Assembly (NCBI GenBank): GCA_964403155.1
Contig: CAYOEG010000001.1
Location: 21,550 to 85,549 of the forward strand
Length of the DNA: 64,000 bases
Reading direction: 5' to 3'
DNA from: an uncultured Candidatus Saccharibacteria bacterium
GTDB lineage: Bacteria; Patescibacteriota; Dojkabacteria; SC72
Of this stretch, positions 20,342-29,920 are shown piece after piece. The notes beneath the pieces were generated by a model. The model had not been told where the DNA came from. It made no database searches and saw nothing but the letters and a program-made list of their open reading frames with translations. How positions within the stretch are numbered: the stretch's first letter is position 1; each line of letters opens with the position of its first letter. The position numbers and the translations under genes were made by a program.

Positions 20342-21040
20342 TTACTCCTCTCTATTCAATTGAATCTCAAAGATGTTGAACTTCTTTTCTGTTCTGAGAG
20401 AGCCATTGTTAAGTGTCGAACCTTTCTTGCTTTCTATATATTCTTTTATTATTTTCTTGAAATTAGATTTTTGTGTAGATTCATATGCAAAAGATATTGC
20501 CCCTGCGAAGAAATCTGCTAGTTGGATAAAAAGAAGCTCTTTTGAATCATATTCCTGCAAATGTTTTATTTCACTTTGAACATCATAATTCAAAATATTT
20601 GCCTTGAGAAAATGCGTCAATACCTGAGTTCTTTTCCTATCTTTTTTATTCCTTTTATCTAGAAAAATATAATACTTGTAAAACGGTTTCATAAAGAATC
20701 GAAGCATAAGATAGTAAAACTTATACATAGCAAGCTCTTGATCATTATCATGATATGTTGCAAGATCCATTTTCTCCTTATTAACAACTATTGCCCTAAA
20801 AGAGATATTCGTATTATCGAAAATATAATCTACAATTTCCTTATATAGGTTTTCATAACCAGATGAAATATTATGCCACTTCAACTCTGAATGAAAATCA
20901 TATTTTTGAAAAATAGTTTTTAGATTTTCCCGAATTTCTCCAGTAGCATTTCTATCCCAGGAAATAGCTCCCAGAACAAAATATTTTTTGTTTCTATTTT
21001 CTACGGAACTTTCATCACAATATATATTTATACTTTCCAT
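20342..21040 (-). CDS. DUF3800 domain protein (RNase H-like)
   Basis: N-terminal IYCDES, central FLD and C-terminal DSK...IQLADFFAG are DUF3800 signatures. Confidence 0.85.
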   Translation of the reverse strand: MESINIYCDESSVENRNKKYFVLGAISWDRNATGEIRENLKTIFQKYDFHSELKWHNISSGYENLYKEIVDYIFDNTNISFRAIVVNKEKMDLATYHDNDQELAMYKFYYLMLRFFMKPFYKYYIFLDKRNKKDRKRTQVLTHFLKANILNYDVQSEIKHLQEYDSKELLFIQLADFFAGAISFAYESTQKSNFKKIIKEYIESKKGSTLNNGSLRTEKKFNIFEIQLNREE

Positions 21041-21151
21041 TCTTTATTATAACTCTTTGTATATGTATAACGATATACTTTGCCTGGGAGTTCATTTATA
21101 TTGACTTGTCGATCTCAACAACCCAATAATATCCTTGTGCAGATTACACTT

Positions 21152-21181
21152 TAACACCTTGTTGATGTCAACAAGGTGTTA
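21152..21181. repeat. Perfect 14 bp inverted repeat with 2 nt spacer
   Basis: TAACACCTTGTTGA-tg-TCAACAAGGTGTTA. Confidence 0.85.
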
Positions 21182-21237
21182 TTTGATTGATACAACGCCA
21201 AATTCTCAAACAAGCTGCCATCCAGAACCCCATAGTA

Positions 21238-21301
21238 TTAACAATCCCTTGGATAATTGATATAATGTAAATATATAGCAATAAGCTATTGTTCTTTAAT
21301 A
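21238..21301 (+). promoter_or_regulatory. Promoter, small hairpin and boxA-like element
   Basis: TTAACA-17 nt-TATAAT(21261); ATAGC-aataa-GCTAT; TGTTCTTTAATA (21290-21301) versus boxA consensus TGCTCTTTAACA. Confidence 0.65.
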
Positions 21302-21483
21302 ATACTGATAAATATCATACTAAGATTTATATATCTTTGATATTTATTCAGTTATACCAGCGATAAAGTAATGGATATTTACTTAGTACATTTAGTTAAT
21401 TATATATAGTTAATTGAATGTACTTAAGTAATACTATTTCATAAAAATTCATATATTATGTAAGTGGGAAAAGGAGACCCAAA

Positions 21484-21957
21484 ATGAATAAATCTCGTAA
21501 AGATGTTGCCATACTGATGAGTAGAATTCTTCAAGACAAGGCACATACAGAAATCAATATCACCGACAGCAACAATGTTATCTTTAGCTTCCCAACTGAA
21601 TCGGGAGATAAGGTAAAGAAATTAGGTCTAAGAGATCGAGATTTCACTCGATGTTTTATACTAAGAAAGCACCATGCAGACGATCTAATAACATTCAATC
21701 ATCCAATTCAATGTCTTGAAATCATGGCATCGTCCGGAGCTGGAATTCCACATAATTCCTATGTATATATAACAATGGGGGTACCCAATTTACCCAGAAA
21801 TCGCATAGGAATGGTTTTTGATCTATCTGAAGTAACACCAGAAGAGATGGGAAAAGCATTGCAATTTTGCAATATAATGATCGATCGATGTAAGTTTAAA
21901 AAGCATGTGAAGATGAAACCCAAAGAAAAAAGAATTGAAATGAATTTCTCAATTTAA
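21484..21957 (+). CDS. Orphan hypothetical protein enclosed by a structured leader and trailer
   Basis: 157 aa ORF; AAGGAG Shine-Dalgarno 7 nt upstream; no recognised motif. Confidence 0.7.
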   Translation: MNKSRKDVAILMSRILQDKAHTEINITDSNNVIFSFPTESGDKVKKLGLRDRDFTRCFILRKHHADDLITFNHPIQCLEIMASSGAGIPHNSYVYITMGVPNLPRNRIGMVFDLSEVTPEEMGKALQFCNIMIDRCKFKKHVKMKPKEKRIEMNFSI

Positions 21958-22036
21958 ACATCAAAGAGATCTCCAGCCAAACCATATTCCATATATGGAC
22001 ATCAAAAAATACTTTATCGCTGGGAATCTCTCAAAA

Positions 22037-24574
22037 CTATCTTCCTAATATAACCTTTGCCTCTTCCTCCGAAACAACCTTCCTCGCTTCAGCAATATCC
22101 TCTGGTTTGACAGAAACACCATATATACCAGATTGTACACAATGTCTTAATAAAGGCTTACAATCCTCTACCACAGCTATAATCCTAGTATCCTGTCCCT
22201 TAGCAACATCCAAAACATTATCTACAACCCTAAATACACTATTCCTACTAAGATCATACTTAGCATCCTCATCAGTAACCTTAAACCCTTGCATCTGTTT
22301 AGTAATTCTAGGTATATTCAAAATCAAACCATCAACCTTAGTATTTAAAATATCATCAGCAAGAATAATCTCAGAAGGATTATCCAAAATAGCATAAATC
22401 TTGAAAGAAGAAGTCCTTCTCAAACCCTCAGAAGAAAGATATTTTTTAAACTCCTTCATCATATCCTCATTCATAGGAGAGTGGAGCGCAATGGAAACAT
22501 TTCTCTTTTTATGAATATTTCTTACTCTCTTAATTATCTTAATAACTCTTTGTAACAGTTCTGGATTATTAATGTAGTGTGTAGCACCATATATATCACC
22601 AGACAAAGTCTGATCCTCAAACTCTTTACCTCTAGTTAAACCTCTAAAGTCAGAGATAGGGGAGGAACCGATAGAAACAATAACCTCATCCCCCTGTGCT
22701 AATTCTACATATTTAACAATCTTTTCAGCAATCTTAGAACTAAAGTCTAAGAATTTTTTGTCCTCAACATATGCCAGTAGATGTCTGCCTTCTTTTACTA
22801 GCATCTCATCCAAATCAATATACACAATACCGTGCGCATTCCCAACGAAATCTACTAATTTAGAGCTATCTAGATTACCCATACTGAACACCTTTGTTGC
22901 AGAAGGAGGTAGGGTAGAGTCCCTTGGAACCTTCAATGAAGGAATCTCTTCAACGACCTCTTCCTCTTTTTCTTCTTTGATATTTAGAAGGTCAATACCC
23001 TCGCTATATGTATCAACCACAGGATTAACTTCAACCTTCTCTCCAGATTTATATATACTTCCCGTATTTCCATCAATAGTTACAACCTGACCTTCTTTTA
23101 ATAACTCAGATGCTTTGACAGCACCAACAATTGCTGGAATCTTTAATTCTCTACACAAGATCGCAGTATCACTTGTAATACCACCATAGTCCATAATCAC
23201 ACCACCACAAGAGATAATCATGGATTCCATCTCAGTAGAATATCTTCTAATCAAAAGAATATCTTCCTTAGAATATTTCTTACCATTAGGAGCATCAACT
23301 ATGGAAACCTTCCCTGTAACAACACCAAAGCTTGCACCAATACCACTAACAAGAAGCGCTTCCTTATCCATCTGGTTTGCAATCTTTACCTCTTCTTTCT
23401 TGTTCCTTGCAGCATTAATCAAATTGCCAAGTCTCTCCCCAATACTTGAGTTACTCTTCACAACCATCTTTTGCGCACTACTCATTGCCTGATTTGCAAG
23501 CATCTCTTGAGACTGATATTTATCTAAAAACACCATCACTAAATCTCTAAGAGTCTTCCTCACAGGTTCAAATTCAGAGACACTGACCTTGTAGGACATA
23601 CTCTCCGATATCAAAGGCTTGTTCTGTAAAACCCAAGCTCTTCCTCCAGAGATTACCCATTCAATATTTTGAGCACTTCTAGATTTATTCTCAATAATCA
23701 ACGCAATCTTTGATACCTCTTGAATATCCCTGTCACACAACTTCTGCCTGTGACTCCATCCTGAGGAGATTTTGATTTTTTCTTCATTCCCACGTTTACC
23801 ATGAGAAGCGTTCATAGTTCTTACCTTCATCCATTCCTGAGGTGCAATATGCTTTTCCAAGATACTAAGATCTCGTTTACTCAACAGGTATGAATCCGGG
23901 GTAACTTCTCCAGTAGATATAACATCTCCAAGACCGTATACAGCCTCTATGCCAAGCTTGGTCTCATCTTGAGTAATTGGATCTACCGTAAAAGCCACAC
24001 CAGATATCTCTGCCTGAACCATCTTCTGTACAACAACAGCCAACTTTACATCTGCAAGATCTATTTCCAACCTATTAGCATATGCAATAACATCATCCGT
24101 AAAGAGAGAACCATATACACGTTTAACTGCTTCTTGAAGATCTTCAAACTTCCTCACATTAAGTTCTGTGCTAAATATCCCACTAAAGGAGATATTGTCA
24201 CTTGCGGGAAATATTACCGAGGAACGCACAGACACCCATGCATCAGAGAAACCCGATAGGCGAGTATATGCACTCAGAATATCTTCTTGAATCTCTTTTG
24301 AGAATTCATGACCAAGGAATGCCTTAAGAATCTCGTCACCTTCTGGATTCCGACCTTTTTCAAGAAGCTTCTGTTTGTTAGAAGCTAACGCACTAAGACA
24401 AAAATCTGTATATACATTACCACCAATTACGAAGAATTCAGGGACAGGAACATCCATATCCTTGAGGTTGAAAAGACTAAGGCCCTTTCTTCCTACCTTG
24501 TTCTCATTCAAATCTTTTGCTGCGAAATCTTCAAAAAAGAAAATGTTGTTCTTCTTTGCTATTTGGTTATCCAT
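22037..24574 (-). CDS. PEP synthase-like protein (PEP/pyruvate-binding plus PEP-utilising mobile domain), apparently degenerate
   Basis: VPVPEFFVI, VSVRSS, VVVQKMV...SGVAFTVDP, EAVYGLGD, IEW, and GGITSDTAILCRELKIPAIVG with Asp at the usual His. Confidence 0.85.
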   Translation of the reverse strand: MDNQIAKKNNIFFFEDFAAKDLNENKVGRKGLSLFNLKDMDVPVPEFFVIGGNVYTDFCLSALASNKQKLLEKGRNPEGDEILKAFLGHEFSKEIQEDILSAYTRLSGFSDAWVSVRSSVIFPASDNISFSGIFSTELNVRKFEDLQEAVKRVYGSLFTDDVIAYANRLEIDLADVKLAVVVQKMVQAEISGVAFTVDPITQDETKLGIEAVYGLGDVISTGEVTPDSYLLSKRDLSILEKHIAPQEWMKVRTMNASHGKRGNEEKIKISSGWSHRQKLCDRDIQEVSKIALIIENKSRSAQNIEWVISGGRAWVLQNKPLISESMSYKVSVSEFEPVRKTLRDLVMVFLDKYQSQEMLANQAMSSAQKMVVKSNSSIGERLGNLINAARNKKEEVKIANQMDKEALLVSGIGASFGVVTGKVSIVDAPNGKKYSKEDILLIRRYSTEMESMIISCGGVIMDYGGITSDTAILCRELKIPAIVGAVKASELLKEGQVVTIDGNTGSIYKSGEKVEVNPVVDTYSEGIDLLNIKEEKEEEVVEEIPSLKVPRDSTLPPSATKVFSMGNLDSSKLVDFVGNAHGIVYIDLDEMLVKEGRHLLAYVEDKKFLDFSSKIAEKIVKYVELAQGDEVIVSIGSSPISDFRGLTRGKEFEDQTLSGDIYGATHYINNPELLQRVIKIIKRVRNIHKKRNVSIALHSPMNEDMMKEFKKYLSSEGLRRTSSFKIYAILDNPSEIILADDILNTKVDGLILNIPRITKQMQGFKVTDEDAKYDLSRNSVFRVVDNVLDVAKGQDTRIIAVVEDCKPLLRHCVQSGIYGVSVKPEDIAEARKVVSEEEAKVILGR

Positions 24575-24607
24575 TTTACTGGGCAGTTAAATAATAATGG
24601 GTATATA

Positions 24608-25786
24608 TTACACGATACCTTTAGCCTTCAATTTTTGCAAGTCAATGTAGAATTCATAGAAAATCTGGAGGATAACCATGAAGGGTACCGCTACCAATGC
24701 TCCAAATACACCAAACAATATCAAGAATACAAATACACCCAACATTATGACTACTGGCTTTAGACCAATAGCATTCCCCATGATCTTAGGGATTATGAAG
24801 TTATTCTCTATCTGTTGATATATGAGGAAGAGACCAGCGAAGATTGCTGCAGAGAGAGGATTAACTGTTGCAAGTATAACCAATGCTGCAATCACTAGTG
24901 CAATTGTAGCACCAATACTTGGTACTGCATCAAAGAGCCCAATCATAACCGCCAATGGCAATGCGAATGGGACTTTCAAGATGGTCAAGAGGATACCTGC
25001 AAAAGCACCCATAAGAAGACTGATAGTTGCCTGTCCTAAAAGCCATTTTCCAAGCTTTCTTTCAACATCCAACACTAGCTTCTTAACTCTTTCCCTTTTC
25101 TCATCAGAAGGTATCTGTATCAATCCAAAATCAAGAATGGAATCATGCTCCAAGACAAGATAGATAGACAAGATGAAGGAGGAGAGCAACAACCCCGTTG
25201 TACTGAATACACTACCCACAGCACTTGAAATATTTTTGAAGCTATCCCCAGTGGAGATACTCTGTAATCCATTTGAAACAAATTGTGTTATTGAATCAGC
25301 ATCTATCTTGACACTTCCAAAAGATATACCTTTAAAATTAGAAACCAAGTTCTCAATCCAAGTTGGGAATACCTTAACTAACTCTGATACCTGACCAACA
25401 AAAGGAACGAGGATTACAGAGACAACAGCAAGCATAATAACAGCTGCAATTAGGTAGGTGATCAAAACAGCCCACCCCTTAGAAATCTTTTTGGACATTA
25501 ACCACGTAACTACAGGTCTTGCGGCAGATGTAAAAACGAAGCCTAAGAACAAGAATAGTAATACACTTATCAGTTGGTTTCCAAAGAATATGACAGCTAA
25601 AATCAAAAGAATTAAAGTTATCAATTCCCAAGAGAATTGTATAACTATCGCCGGTTTTTTGGGTCCAGAGGTTTGATTATACTTAACCGCTTCCTTCAAA
25701 TCTTCGATTCTTTTCTTTTCAAGCTCTTCTATCTCAGAACTGGTGTCCTTAAAGGAAAATATTTTGCCCATATCTGTATTATTCAA
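24608..25786 (-). CDS. AI-2E family transporter
   Basis: Multi-TM; WLLGQ, AVPSIG, YQQIENNFIIPKIMG, GALVAVP. Confidence 0.9.
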   Translation of the reverse strand: MNNTDMGKIFSFKDTSSEIEELEKKRIEDLKEAVKYNQTSGPKKPAIVIQFSWELITLILLILAVIFFGNQLISVLLFLFLGFVFTSAARPVVTWLMSKKISKGWAVLITYLIAAVIMLAVVSVILVPFVGQVSELVKVFPTWIENLVSNFKGISFGSVKIDADSITQFVSNGLQSISTGDSFKNISSAVGSVFSTTGLLLSSFILSIYLVLEHDSILDFGLIQIPSDEKRERVKKLVLDVERKLGKWLLGQATISLLMGAFAGILLTILKVPFALPLAVMIGLFDAVPSIGATIALVIAALVILATVNPLSAAIFAGLFLIYQQIENNFIIPKIMGNAIGLKPVVIMLGVFVFLILFGVFGALVAVPFMVILQIFYEFYIDLQKLKAKGIV

Positions 25787-25816
25787 TTTACTAGGTAGAT
25801 TATATCAATTTTAAAC

Positions 25817-25846
25817 AAAAGAGGGGAGTATGTACTCCCCTCAAAA
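25817..25846 (-). terminator. Intrinsic terminator
   Basis: GAGGGGAGTA-tg-TACTCCCCTC, with a T-tract after it on the minus strand. Confidence 0.8.
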
Positions 25847-25861
25847 ATACATAACGAAATT

Positions 25862-26791
25862 TTAGCTTCTCTTAGATTTTGCAAACATAACTATTGTAGA
25901 AGAAGCCGCTCCTAACATAGCCAAAATTCCAAATACAAATACTAATGTATTCCCAAAGAAGAAGTCTTTCATAATACCTTCTTCGCCTGCAGCAACTGGA
26001 AGAGACTCATCGTCTACCGCATCTCCATTAACATCACTATCCGGAGAATAGGTGACCTTAATTTTTCCTTCCAAATAGGTCTCATTTCCTGCAACATCCT
26101 TAATGAGTACATTAAAGATATTTGATCCTTCATCCAAAGCAATACTTACAATTTTGAAATTCCCCTCAGCATCACAAGTAGCACTGTAGTAATCTGTCCC
26201 TCGTTTTATGACTACCTGAGCATCTGGTTCTATCATACCTGTCACAGTAAATGTTTCAGTTCCAACCTCTGAGGAATATTTAATATCTTTCAATTCTGGT
26301 ACTGTTCTATCGATAGTTACACTCTCAGCAAGTGATGGAGAAGATATATATCGCTTCGGGAAACCTTTAATACCAGCAGCCGTTATCTCATACGATCCTT
26401 CAGTTGAGAGACTTATTGCTACCAAGAAATTACCATCCTCAGCTATTTTCGCTGTCTGAGATTTTTCTCCATTAACATAGACAATCACAGTATCATATCC
26501 TGAAGCATTACCTCCTATGGAAACGATCTCTTCTTTAGTTACAGAGGACACCTCTGCCATTGAAGGAGGAACTAACTTCTCATCAAGAGTAGGTGTTGAA
26601 TTATATTTAACAAATGAATAGATTCCAAACCCAACGAGTAAGATACCTAATACTATAAATATGGTTCCCACAACTTTTGAAACTCTTTCCGAATCCTTAG
26701 GATTCTTAATTTCTACTTTGGAGACCATCGATTCTTTTTTGTTAGAGATTTTTTTCTCTACTGGTGCAGTTTTAGATTTATTCTTTGCCAC
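25862..26791 (-). CDS. Membrane protein with Ig-like domains and a C-terminal sorting-signal-like end
   Basis: N-terminal TM; IDRTVP...DVAGN Ig pattern; LPVAAG then TM then KSKRS. Confidence 0.65.
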   Translation of the reverse strand: MAKNKSKTAPVEKKISNKKESMVSKVEIKNPKDSERVSKVVGTIFIVLGILLVGFGIYSFVKYNSTPTLDEKLVPPSMAEVSSVTKEEIVSIGGNASGYDTVIVYVNGEKSQTAKIAEDGNFLVAISLSTEGSYEITAAGIKGFPKRYISSPSLAESVTIDRTVPELKDIKYSSEVGTETFTVTGMIEPDAQVVIKRGTDYYSATCDAEGNFKIVSIALDEGSNIFNVLIKDVAGNETYLEGKIKVTYSPDSDVNGDAVDDESLPVAAGEEGIMKDFFFGNTLVFVFGILAMLGAASSTIVMFAKSKRS

Positions 26792-26887
26792 TCCAACCCT
26801 ATATAATAATTTATATATTCTTACATCCAGAATATTACAATTCTAAAATTAATGCAACAGGAGGCAAAACCTTGTAAAATATATAAT

Positions 26888-27577
26888 ATGAAATTACAAA
26901 AAAGTCAGAAAATAATAATAACCGTCTTAATGATACTATTGCTACTCCTCCTCTCCGGTTTTTTGTTCCTTTTCCCTTCATATAACAAAATCTCAATGAC
27001 GTTAGGAGAGCTAGATGCATACAGAATATCAAAGAATATATATATGAAAGTTCTTGAAAAGATAGCTCCATCCATACAATCATTTGACTCAGAGGTCTTA
27101 GCTATGGAGTCAATAGAGAAATCCATAGGAGATGATTTCGTACTGGAGAAGAGATTTCTTGAAGAACAGAAAGCTTCACTCTCAATCGAAGCTACACGAA
27201 TTTCAGGCAATATATCAGAAGGAGTTACCTCTGAAGCTATGGAGAGAGGGTTTTGGCATTTCCCAACATCTAGTTTGCCAGGGAATAAAGGTAATGTTGT
27301 AATAATCGGGCACAGATTTAAATACATACCACCCGCCACCAATACTTTTTTCAATCTGGACAAGGTCAGCATTGGAGACCAAATAAAAATGAATGTGGGT
27401 GAAGAGACATATACATATGTAGTTACGGATATAAACATCGCAGAACCAAATGACATCTCCGTTATTCAGCAAACCGAAGATTACAGATTAACACTAATTA
27501 CATGCACTCCTCTTTGGACATCAAAAGAAAGGCTTGTGATAACGGCTAAACTAGACAAACTATACAAAAAAGTGTAG
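26888..27577 (+). CDS. Sortase
   Basis: PGNKGNVVIIGHR, LTLITCTP, RLVITA (His/Cys/Arg triad). Confidence 0.92.
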   Translation: MKLQKSQKIIITVLMILLLLLLSGFLFLFPSYNKISMTLGELDAYRISKNIYMKVLEKIAPSIQSFDSEVLAMESIEKSIGDDFVLEKRFLEEQKASLSIEATRISGNISEGVTSEAMERGFWHFPTSSLPGNKGNVVIIGHRFKYIPPATNTFFNLDKVSIGDQIKMNVGEETYTYVVTDINIAEPNDISVIQQTEDYRLTLITCTPLWTSKERLVITAKLDKLYKKV

Positions 27578-27615
27578 ACTTTTCAAGCAAAATATTAATT
27601 TAAAAACATTTTTAA

Positions 27616-28656
27616 ATGAGCGAATTTTACCAGAGAAAAGATATCAGCAAAGATACAATAGAGTTTACAATAACCATACCTAAAGATAGTTTTGAGACTA
27701 GCTACAAAGCGATGATGAAAGACAAGGTTAAAAATGTTGATATAAAAGGATTCAGAAAAGGAAAAGTACCTACCAATTTAGTAGAACCACAGATAAATCA
27801 ATCTGTTAAATTAGAAACTTTAGAAAAAATTGCACCACTTTTCATTACCACCGCTATTCAGAAAGAGCAGTTAGATCCAATTGCACCTCCCGAGTACAAA
27901 GCGCTTCCTAAGCTAGAAGATGGTAAGGATGTTGAGTTAGTCATAACGATTACTGTAATGCCTGAGTTTAAATTGGCAAATCTTAAAAAGGTAAAGGTTG
28001 AGAAGGAAGAAGCAAAGATATCTAAAGAAGAGATAGAACAAGCTCTGGATGATATTAAGAAAAATTACAAGACAGATGAGAAAGAGATTAATGATGCATG
28101 GGCTGTAGAGGTTGCTAAGAAGATTCAGTTAAAAGATGTAAAGGATATTAAGGATTTGAGAAAACAGATAGAGAATGCAATGAAGGCTCAGAAAGAACAT
28201 ATGCTTTTGCATGAGAGGCAGGAGAGGGCATTGGATGAAGCTATTAAGCTTTGTAAGATAGAGGTCCCAGAACCAGCAATTAAATATGAAGCACGAGAGA
28301 GGGAAAGAACATTTAGATATGATATGCAGCAAAAAGGTGTCAATATTGAAGAATTCATCAAATCACAAAATCTAACCATCGAGAAGATGAGAGAACTTTG
28401 GGAGAGAGATGCAAACGAAGCTCTCCAGACAGATACTTTCTTGAGAATGTATATGAAGGAGAATAACATCACTATGACAGATGAGGAACTTAATACCAGA
28501 ATAGATGATTTGAAGAAGAACGCGCCTAAGGGTACAGATATGAGTGTGTATGATGATGAGAATTGGAGAGCATATGTCAGAAATGTTGATTTAAAGCAGA
28601 GAGCTTTTGAAGCATTCATAAAGGAAGTATTAGGAGAAGAGGTACACAAGGATTAA
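27616..28656 (+). CDS. tig: Trigger factor (short form)
   Basis: Ribosome-binding motif IKGFRKGKVP; precedes clpP. Confidence 0.9.
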   Translation: MSEFYQRKDISKDTIEFTITIPKDSFETSYKAMMKDKVKNVDIKGFRKGKVPTNLVEPQINQSVKLETLEKIAPLFITTAIQKEQLDPIAPPEYKALPKLEDGKDVELVITITVMPEFKLANLKKVKVEKEEAKISKEEIEQALDDIKKNYKTDEKEINDAWAVEVAKKIQLKDVKDIKDLRKQIENAMKAQKEHMLLHERQERALDEAIKLCKIEVPEPAIKYEARERERTFRYDMQQKGVNIEEFIKSQNLTIEKMRELWERDANEALQTDTFLRMYMKENNITMTDEELNTRIDDLKKNAPKGTDMSVYDDENWRAYVRNVDLKQRAFEAFIKEVLGEEVHKD

Positions 28657-28680
28657 TTAATTTAATCTTTTAAATATATT

Positions 28681-29262
28681 ATGTATTTAATACCTACAGT
28701 AGTAGAAAAGGATCGTGAAGGAGAAAGAGCATACGATATCTATTCGAGATTGCTCAAGGACAGGATTGTGTTTGTAACAGGAGAGATAGAGACAGAGATG
28801 GCTAATACTGTGGTAGCACAGCTTCTTTTTCTTGAGAAAGAGAATCCTGATGAAGATATTCAGATGTTCATAAATACTCCTGGTGGTGTTATTACTGCTG
28901 GCATGGCTATTTTAGATACTATGAATTACATCAAATGTGATATCTCAACAATTGCGGTAGGGATGGCTGCTTCTATGGGTAGTATCTTGCTAGCAAATGG
29001 TAAGAAGGGGAAGAGATATGCACTTCCTAATAGTAAGATCTTGATTCATCAGCCTATTGGTGGAGCAGAGGGACAGGCTAGTGATATTGCTATAGCGGCA
29101 GAGGAGATACTAAAAAATAGAAAGATGTTGTATGAGTTCCTATCTGAAAAAACGGGTAAGGATGTAAAAGATATTGAGAGAGATGCGGATAGAGATAAAT
29201 ACTTTACTGCTCAAGAAGCCAAGGATTATGGCTTAGTAGATAAAGTTATTAAGAAAAGATAG
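28681..29262 (+). CDS. clpP: ATP-dependent Clp protease proteolytic subunit
   Basis: [43 protein letters not shown]. Confidence 0.98.
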   Translation: MYLIPTVVEKDREGERAYDIYSRLLKDRIVFVTGEIETEMANTVVAQLLFLEKENPDEDIQMFINTPGGVITAGMAILDTMNYIKCDISTIAVGMAASMGSILLANGKKGKRYALPNSKILIHQPIGGAEGQASDIAIAAEEILKNRKMLYEFLSEKTGKDVKDIERDADRDKYFTAQEAKDYGLVDKVIKKR

Positions 29263-29264
29263 AT

Positions 29265-29807
29265 ATGCCTACAATAACAACTGGAGATGAGCTTTATGAT
29301 CAAGCGAAACAATACTCCGTTAATTCGTTAATGGATAATCTCAATGTGTTATTCTCAAATCAAGCAGAAGATCCAAATTCAATTGTGAACGAAACTATAC
29401 TCGATGTAACACCAGATGAGGTAGATGCATATATCCGTCGAATGGTTAATGAACACGATCTCCCAATAGAATGCACAAGGCTTTCTTTTGAAGAAGTAAA
29501 AGATTCTGCGTTTTACCGTGTTCTATGTGATTATATACAAGTGTATGATGTATCTTTATTAAATAGTTCATATTTACATTTTTTAGAGAGTAGTGATTTT
29601 GCAGTTACAATAATATCCCTTGATCTTGCAGATGGCTCTACGAGATTAAGGATAGAACCACTCGAGATGTCTCCTGAATTTCTGAGAAGTGAATGGAGAA
29701 GAATATTAGAGAGAGAGAAAGAAAAAAAAGTTGCTAACCCACAAAGCATTCCTGGCATAATAAGTGGTGCAGAGCTTCTTCGTCGGCAAAGAAATACACA
29801 TACTTAA
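29265..29807 (+). CDS. Orphan hypothetical protein
   Basis: 180 aa ORF starting 2 nt after the clpP stop; no recognised motif. Confidence 0.6.
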   Translation: MPTITTGDELYDQAKQYSVNSLMDNLNVLFSNQAEDPNSIVNETILDVTPDEVDAYIRRMVNEHDLPIECTRLSFEEVKDSAFYRVLCDYIQVYDVSLLNSSYLHFLESSDFAVTIISLDLADGSTRLRIEPLEMSPEFLRSEWRRILEREKEKKVANPQSIPGIISGAELLRRQRNTHT

Positions 29808-29816
29808 GAAGATAAA

Positions 29817-29920
29817 TAAGGATGTAAAAGATATTGAGAGTGATTCTGATAGAGATAAATACTTTACAGCAGAGTAGGCAAAGTTGTATGGTTTAGTAGA
29901 TAAAATTATTAAAAAAGATA
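29817..29920 (+). pseudogene. Degenerate second copy of the clpP 3' end
   Basis: 75/90 nt identical to 29161-29250 by hand alignment; reads [32 protein letters not shown]. Confidence 0.9.

Noticed and set aside
29157-29920. clpP direct repeat read as attL/attR of a prophage or ICE
   Set aside because: Only one small ORF is enclosed and no integrase or phage genes are present; kept as a tail-duplication finding instead.
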